DNA of 41,680 bases, from NCBI GenBank assembly GCA_032718475.1, contig JAUCBJ010001042.1:1-41680 (forward strand), written 5' to 3'. Both the position numbers and the translations under genes were made by a program. The stretch comes from Nemertoderma westbladi (taxonomy: Eukaryota; Animalia; Xenacoelomorpha). Positions 35,022 to 41,680 of the stretch are shown here, piece by piece. The notes below the pieces were generated by a model. It was given only the letters and a program-made list of their open reading frames with translations. It searched no databases and was not told the DNA's origin. Positions within the stretch are counted from its first letter, which is position 1. The number at the start of each line of letters is the position of its first letter.

Positions 35022-36157
35022 TGAATCATATTATTATTCTGCAACCAAATAATTTACTCTTTTAGTTGATAATATGTTGCTCAGATGACTGAATATCACA
35101 AAAAAATGTTGGTGTATAATCGACGAGTTGAAATCGGTGAAATTCGACATTAAATTTTCAAAACCGCTATTTTTCAGTGACCCCGTGATCGAAACGCCAC
35201 AAAAAATATCCAGTCTTGTGCGCAACAAAAATTTATGGAGAGTTTGTTATTAAAATTTTTGCGTACCTGCTTGAGTTTTTGAGATATTGGATGGTTATAC
35301 ACACATACACACATAACCACATCGTGTTTTTGAACGGCTCAACTCTTGACAAAAACTACCCTGGCCTATTAATAGGCAGGTTCGTTATAACGTGTTACTG
35401 ATGTATGTAGAGTTCGCGTTCGTATTGAGTTCGTGTATTGTTTGGGTAGTATTCGATTGGAGTTAGCAAGACGTCATATAAAGTCATGGTCTACTAATTT
35501 AGAATAATATATACACCATGATTTATTCACTATGTTCTGGAACATTGTGTTTATGTATGAATAGCTACGCGGTAGAGATATTACTTGAACTTGTCAATCA
35601 CTTGAACAACGAAGTACGACAACTAAGGAGAATCGGGAAGCCTGGAAGGATCTCATTTCCACTGTCCGAGTTCGCTCGACTTAGTAGTAGTAGTAGAGAT
35701 ATTACATAGGCATACCGTTGTTTCCCACCAACTCATAAAATAAATAACTTGTTCTAGAATTTTGTGTACATAAAAACCCAACCTTTGAACGCCAATATCT
35801 CAGCTGTTCCTCAAAGAAATTCTGATATTGTTACATATTTCTAATCCTTGCAACTCAAGCTTTCTATTGATATGAACGATTAATGTGAAGAATGGCGACG
35901 ATAGGAATTGTGTGCGATTTCGCAAACATTAAAAAAAAACGATTATAAAAAAATTTAAAGGCAAAATCGAAAATTCTGGATGACGGTGTGTTGAACTAGT
36001 TGTGTTTCCAATTTCAAGCAATATGATAAAGATATGTATAAAAAATAGTGGGGGGGGGGGGGGGGGGGGGGTCCGTGTCTTCAGAAAATGACACTATATT
36101 ACGGGTGATGGTGTAATACTTGTATGTATGTATGCAAGGTCAAGGATATATGCAGAC

Positions 36158-37190
36158 CAAGGTTTACTAAATAATAGGTCATGCAGCGAGGTCATTAGCG
36201 TGGGCCGAACTTTTCCCAATTTATGGCACTATTTTCATATTTCCTTAGAAACTTATGTGTTACTTTGGTTAGGTGGATATAATGACTAAGGTTCATATAC
36301 ATGTAATAAAATGTCTTTCTGGAATTTTTATCTTGTAGTTGCCAAGGTAACCGGGTGCAAAGTTCAAATTTCGAGCGCCTGTAATTGAAGAGAACGGATT
36401 CTGTTCTTGAGATTTGGTATATGAGTAAAGGGAAGAAAAGTCTATCAAAATATTTTACATTTACATTTTTTTCAATCCCGTTTCCATGGTGACGGGAATT
36501 ATGATAATTCCCCATTATGACCGCCACATAGAAATTGGGCTACTATTTACAACTTATATAAATTCAACAAACATGCCTGGTGGCTGTCCTTTATTTCTAA
36601 GAATTGCTAAACAAAATTTAATATTCTCGAATGTCAAGATCATGCTATCACAGGTCTTGACCTCTAATTGGGCAGTTTAGTTTATTGGTAAATATTGACT
36701 TTTAGAAATATGATTCACAATTGACGAATTGTAAAATAAAATGTTGGCAATTTTAACTTATTATTTAGACTGACCAACCGAATAAAAATGGTGTTTTATA
36801 GAATTGGTAGACAATTTGTCAAATTTTTCATTATACTTATTTCCATGGCAACGGTAATGTAAACAAATTAAAATGTAAACTATTTTGATAGCGTTTTATT
36901 TCCTTTAATCACCTACCAAATCTCAAGGAAAGAATCCATTGTCGCCTTGAAATACAGGCGCGCAAACACCCGGTTACCTTGGCAACTACAAGATAAAAAT
37001 TACACAGAAAGACATTTTCAGATTTTATTACATTGCTATGAATCCTAGTCATCATATCCACCTAACAAAAGTAGCTTATAAGAAGTTTCTAAGGAAATAT
37101 TATGAAAAAAGTGCCATAAATAGGGAAAAGATCGGCCCACGCTATTTCAGCAATCCGCTCGCTGCATGACCTGTTATTTAGTACACCTTG
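36158..37190. mobile_element. Non-autonomous DNA transposon (hAT- or P-like), 1,033 bp, with ~340-bp imperfect inverted arms and an 8-bp TSD
   Basis: Begins CAAGGTTTACTAAATAATAGGTCATGCAGCGAG and ends CTCGCTGCATGACCTGTTATTTAGTACACCTTG; ATGCAGAC is duplicated at 36150-36157 and 37191-37198; arms ~36158-36490 and ~36840-37190 are reverse complements. Confidence 0.9.
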
Positions 37191-37702
37191 ATGCAGACAC
37201 ACTGTATAGGCATAATAATAATAGTCACTGTTGCTAAGCGACAACTTATGTTTCTAGGGGTCTTTAAACAATAGGTGAAAATGACTTAATTAAAAATCGC
37301 AATAATTTTTATTGTCCGTTTAAATCCTTTTTTTGTCCTTTTTTTTTTGATTTTTTATGTCCTCCAAAAGTCTAATGTTAGGTTCCATGCTACCGGTTTC
37401 TCTACTGCTGTTCTCTCAGGCTATCAGTACCGGTATTAGTATATATAGCACTATTTTGCTGTATTGTATGTACAGATGTACAGTAGGTATAAAGCAGGTA
37501 TTTCTGTATTATAGTACCGGTACCGGCACCGGTACTGCTATAGGCCTACTGTGTAGCCTACCATTTAAATACGGTAATGGTAGGCCTACCGGTTGTGCTA
37601 ATAAATTTTAAATAATTGATAGGCCAAACTGGATTGCAGGATTGTGGAAAATGTGGATATACCTTTCACATAATTTAGGCCTATTACTGTATTAGTTTTA
37701 TC

Positions 37703-38355
37703 GTCTCTGTAACCTGCTCCTTTCCCTCAATTACTTAAATGATCGTTTATTGTTTTGGTTAGAAAATCCCGCCTCTGTAACCTGCCCCTTTCCCTCAATT
37801 AGTTAAATGATCGTTTATTGTTTTGGTTAGAAAATCCCGCCTCTGTAACCTGCTCCTTTCCCTGAATTGGTAAAGTGACCGTTTATTGTTTTGGTTAGAA
37901 AGGCCCGCCTCTTTAACCTGCCCCTTTCCCTCAATTAGTTAAATGATCGTTTATTGTTTTGGTTAGAAAATCCCGCCTCTGTAACCTGCTCCTTTCCCTC
38001 AATTAGTTAAGTGATTGTTTATTGTTTTTGTTAGAAAATTCCGCCTCTGTAACCTGTCCCTTTCCCTCAATTAGTTAAATGATCGTTTATTGTTTTGGTT
38101 AGAAAATCCCGCCTCTGTAACCTGCTCCTTTCCCTCAATAAGTTAAGTGATCGTTTATTGTTTTGGTTAGAAAATCCCGCCTCTGTAACCTGCTCCTTTC
38201 CCTCAATTAGTTAAGTGATCGTTTATTGTTTTGGTTAGAAAATCCCGTCTCTGTAACCTGCTCCTTTCCCAGATTTGGTAAAGTGACTGTTTATTGTTTT
38301 GGTTAGAAAACTCGGCCTTAACCTGCTCCTTTCCATCAATTGGTAATTGTTTTTG
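37703..38355. repeat. Minisatellite, 68-bp unit, ~9.5 copies
   Basis: Unit GCCTCTGTAACCTGCTCCTTTCCCTCAATTAGTTAAATGATCGTTTATTGTTTTGGTTAGAAAATCCC; unit starts at 37771, 37839 and onward. Confidence 0.95.
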
Positions 38356-38569
38356 GCTATAAAATGAGTGTTTTGCTACGTCATGTGGTAATCGATTATC
38401 GACAACAACCACAAACTATTAAATTAAACTTTTTACCACAGGCGCATATGGAAATCTATCTCAGTCTATAAATCATGGAATCATGGAATGTTTTGGCACA
38501 GGCATAGTGAAATCAACTGTCGGAGAGTCCAGAAATCAGCAGTCTGACAGTTTGAAGAAATACATACAT

Positions 38570-38623
38570 AAAAAGTCATTAAAAGGACAATAAAAGTCAT
38601 TAAAAGGACAACAGAAGTCATTA
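38570..38623. repeat. Short ~21-bp tandem repeat (~2.5 copies)
   Basis: AAAAGTCATTAAAAGGACAAT repeated. Confidence 0.6.
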
Positions 38624-38864
38624 TGCATAATTCGTAAAAAAAAAATGACAAAAAAAGTCAAATAAAAGGACATAAAAAATCACTGCCATTAAAAATTAAC
38701 GATGTACGGTTGTATGGTGTAACACTCACTCTTACTTTCGTTTTCAGGCAATGTGTTGTTTTCTCATGACTTACTGTAGTTTTCCTACAGTCCTCTCTAC
38801 TCGTGCTGACTTTGTGTCGACCTGGACATTCAGACTTACTGTTGTTCACCGTTTCGCTACCGGT

Positions 38865-39216
38865 ATGGGTGGAGGAAACAGAAACAGGAAGATCGTACCG
38901 CGCCGTGTTAGCAGCACGAATTCGTCTACTAAACCGAACCAAACGGTGGTATCGGATAGAAGCGACAAGGTCTCTTTAGCGGGGGCCAGACCCAGCGACC
39001 CAACATGGACTCCCAGCATACACACAGCATTCAAGTGTTTCCTATCGGCGCGCTTCTGCTCCGCACTAATGAACAATGTTACTGACTGTGACGAAACCTA
39101 TAACTATTGGGAACCAACTCATTATATGGTCTACGGTTGGGGCTTCCAGACATGGGAATACTCGCCGGTATATGCACTGAGGTCCTACGCCTATCTCCTA
39201 CCAAACACATTCATTG
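38865..39216 (+). CDS. ALG9: Alpha-1,2-mannosyltransferase ALG9, coding exon 1
   Basis: MGGGNRNRK...TAFKCFLSARFCSALMNNVTDCDETYNYWEPTHYMVYGWGFQTWEYSPVYALRSYAYL carries the GT22/ALG9 DCDE-x-x-NYWEP and QTWEYSP motifs; donor G|GTTAGT at 39217. The start codon choice is inferred (in-frame ATGs also at 38751 and 38766). Confidence 0.93.
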
Positions 39217-39458
39217 GTTAGTTTCTACGGTACGCGGTAAGTTCGAATAGTTTGAATAGTTCCTATTTGTCGTAACTAAACTCTGGCTAACAAGTAGAAC
39301 CAATAGCATTCTTTTAGTTAGGGCCTAATCTAAATGTATTTATCGCTCATGGCCTCTTGTAGTCGTGCATTTTTGAAAGGTCTGAAGGTAAGCCTACCGT
39401 ACCGGAACTTTATACAAATGAACCGATATATTTATTGTCTCTATCCCACCCCTTATAG

Positions 39459-40465
39459 CGAGCATCCATTCCCGTCTATTTGACGCCAATAAGGTTCTCG
39501 TATTCTACTTCGTCCGCTGTATTTTCGCGCTGGTTTGCTCCTTCTGCGAGGTTTACTTCTACCAGAGCGTGTGCTCCCGCTACGGGAACCACGTTGCTCG
39601 GGTATGCCTCGTCTTCCTGCTGTTCTCACCGGGGCTGTTCATCGCGTCTACCGCCTACCTCCCCAGCTCTTTCGCGATGTACGCCACGATGGCGGCGTAC
39701 GGGGCGTGGTTCCGGGGCAACTACCCCGCGGCCGTGGTGGCCACGGCACTGGGCGCGCTACTGGGGTGGCCCTTCTCCGCTCTACTCGGGCTACCGATAG
39801 CGGCCGAGATGCTCCTTATTCGCTCCCGAATCCAGGAGTTCGTTAAGTGGAGCGGTGCGACGCTAATCGCGATCCTACTCCCGATCGTTAACATAGACTC
39901 GCGCTACTACGGCCGTCCGGTAATCGCCCCGTTAAACATCCTCCGATACAACCTACTGACGAACCACGGACCCGACCTGTACGGGGTCGAACCCAGCACA
40001 TATTACCCGAAGAACTTACTGCTCAACTTCAACGTGGCCGCGGTGCTCGCTGCCTCGAGTCCGGTGAGCGTGGCGGTCGGTAAGTTGTTGCAACGCAACA
40101 CGCGCTCCTACGCCGAGTGGTTCCCGGTTGTGGGACTCACCATGTGGCTCCTTGTATTCGGGTTCCAGCCCCACAAGGAGGAACGCTTCCTCTACCCGGT
40201 CTACCCACTCATCGCTCTCTCCGCCGCAATCTCTCTCAGTTACCTCCAGTCTCTCGTGGCATCCGGGTTGTCTCGATTTCGTCGCCGATACTACAGGTTC
40301 TACTCCCGACTGCCCAACCTTCTCTGCGCCTCTCTACTCGTCTTTTACACCATTCTCTCCCTCAGCCGCAGTGTTTCTCTCTTCCGGAACTATCACGGCT
40401 CCATGGACATCTACCCCTATCTAACTACCTTAGCTGAGAATTCTACAGTGCCCTCCAACAAACAG
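39459..40465 (+). CDS. ALG9: Alpha-1,2-mannosyltransferase ALG9, coding exon 2
   Basis: Acceptor CCTTATAG; the phase-1 join reads ASIHSRLFDANKVLVFYFVRC...; motifs YLPSSFAMY, LGWPFS, HGPDLYGVEP, QPHKEERFLYPVYP; several hydrophobic segments; donor CAG|GTTAGT. Confidence 0.95.
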
Positions 40466-40644
40466 GTTAGTTCAGATAATTGAGTCACTAATATCATATT
40501 AATTCTACGGTAACTTTTTCCAGTAATTTCCACATTAGAATAAGTTTCTCGCCACAACCTGTTGACAATATGTCCGCCCAGTGAGTACTAAGCGTTACTA
40601 TTACGTAACTATACTTATTTTTTGGTTTCCATCCCCGATTACAG

Positions 40645-41085
40645 GTGAACGTGTGCGTCGGCAAGGAATGGCACCACTTCCCTTCCAGTTTCTTTATCCC
40701 CTCACCGAACTGGCGTCTCCAATTCATCCGATCCGACTTCCGAGGACAACTCCCCAAGTACTTCGGCCACTCCACCTTCGAGATCCCGCCACACATGAAC
40801 GAACTCAACCGCGAAGAGCCAACTCGTTACGTCGACCTCAACCGGTGCCATTACCTCATCCATCTGGACGACCCCAGCACCGTGTCCCCAAGACAACCGA
40901 GTTACACGCAACTTAGCGACCAATGGGAGGTCGTTGAGACGAAAGCGTATATGGACACTACCAACTCGCATCCCTTGCTTCGCGCATTATATGTGCCATA
41001 CTTTACGGAACAATATACTAGAATGATCGATTATTATATACTGAGGAATAGGAAACGAGTGAAACTCACTTCTAGCATCACATAA
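40645..41085 (+). CDS. ALG9: Alpha-1,2-mannosyltransferase ALG9, terminal coding exon
   Basis: Acceptor GATTACAG; VNVCVGKEWHHFPSSFFIP...FIRSDFRGQLPKYF...MNELNREEPTRY...CHYL; ends in TAA. Spliced CDS = 352+1007+441 = 1800 nt (599 aa). Confidence 0.95.
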   Translation: MNVCVGKEWHHFPSSFFIPSPNWRLQFIRSDFRGQLPKYFGHSTFEIPPHMNELNREEPTRYVDLNRCHYLIHLDDPSTVSPRQPSYTQLSDQWEVVETKAYMDTTNSHPLLRALYVPYFTEQYTRMIDYYILRNRKRVKLTSSIT

Positions 41086-41102
41086 TAGTATTAGCTTTAA
41101 CA

Positions 41103-41108
41103 ATTAAA
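41103..41108 (+). promoter_or_regulatory. Possible ALG9 polyadenylation signal (ATTAAA)
   Basis: ATTAAA 18 nt after the stop codon, followed by a T/GT-rich tract. Confidence 0.3.
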
Positions 41109-41593
41109 TAGTTATTTTTGTTGTTATTATTGTATTGTGGTTTCAATTATAGTGATATGTTTGATTTTATAGTACTAACCCATGCTATAGACATACATAA
41201 GGCGACTCCTTATCTGCGGTGGGGGGGGGGGGGGGGGGTTGTGTGATTGAGTGAGTGGGATGACTTCTCTTTGTTAGTCGAGAGAGGAAAATAGGGTCCG
41301 GGGCAAAGTAATTGTGTAAAATCCGAGTCCCCTTTATATTTTGATGTTAAGTAGGTGTAACTGCCCCCCCCCCCCCCATGGGCACTCACATCAATTGGGC
41401 TATCCCTTGTAGCCAGACAAACAATAGAATCAACTCACCTTCACAACAGGGGCACCCTATGCTAAAAAAAATCATGTTCTGGAATGTGGCTCCTGTTGAT
41501 AAATACGGCCAAGTACTGTAGGATAGAGCACAGTGGCAGCAGATGATGGTATTGATAGATGGGAGACCATGAGGAGGTAAATTGTGGACATGT

Positions 41594-41680
41594 AAGGTGT
41601 CAGGTAGTAATTCCAGGTCTATCTTTTACCTGAGCCGCTAGCGGAATGGTTAGAGCGGCAGACTTCCAACATGGAGGTCA
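41594..41680 (+). mobile_element. tRNA-derived dispersed repeat (SINE-like), copy 2, truncated by the window end
   Basis: AAGGTGTCAGGTAGTAATTCCAGGTCTATCTTTTACCTGAGCCGCTAGCGGAATGGTTAGAGCGGCAGACTTCCAAC aligns by eye with 31215-31310. Confidence 0.55.

Noticed and set aside
36195-36680. Transposase ORF within the foldback element
   Set aside because: The ORFs are short (110 and 64 aa), overlap the inverted arm, and show no DDE, BED or THAP features.
39480-40971. Alternative-frame and antisense ORFs overlapping ALG9
   Set aside because: By-products of GC-rich codon usage in ALG9 exons; no recognisable motifs.

Overview
Eukaryotic (animal-like, AT-rich) genomic DNA with GT-AG introns; more than half of the window is tandem repeat. 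Left to right: non-autonomous Helentron/DINE-like fragments, a homogeneous 49-bp array (~922-3077), and a ~20.5-kb array of a 19-bp monomer (~6473-26938) with layered higher-order structure. Next come a 44/46-bp G-quadruplex-motif minisatellite and a 62/63-bp minisatellite. The last four coding exons of a SECIS-binding protein gene (SBP2 family, closest to SECISBP2L) lie on the minus strand (31779-34441). A complete 3-exon ALG9 mannosyltransferase gene (599 aa) lies on the plus strand (38865-41085). No SBP2L 5' exons are visible between 34442 and the window end, so ALG9 appears to be nested antisense inside an SBP2L intron. That interval also holds a 1,033-bp long-inverted-repeat DNA transposon derivative with a perfect 8-bp TSD, a 484-bp MITE-like element and a 68-bp minisatellite. 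I found no CRISPR array or prokaryote-type system, and no evidence strong enough to claim a new biological system. Family assignments come from recalled protein motifs, not database searches.
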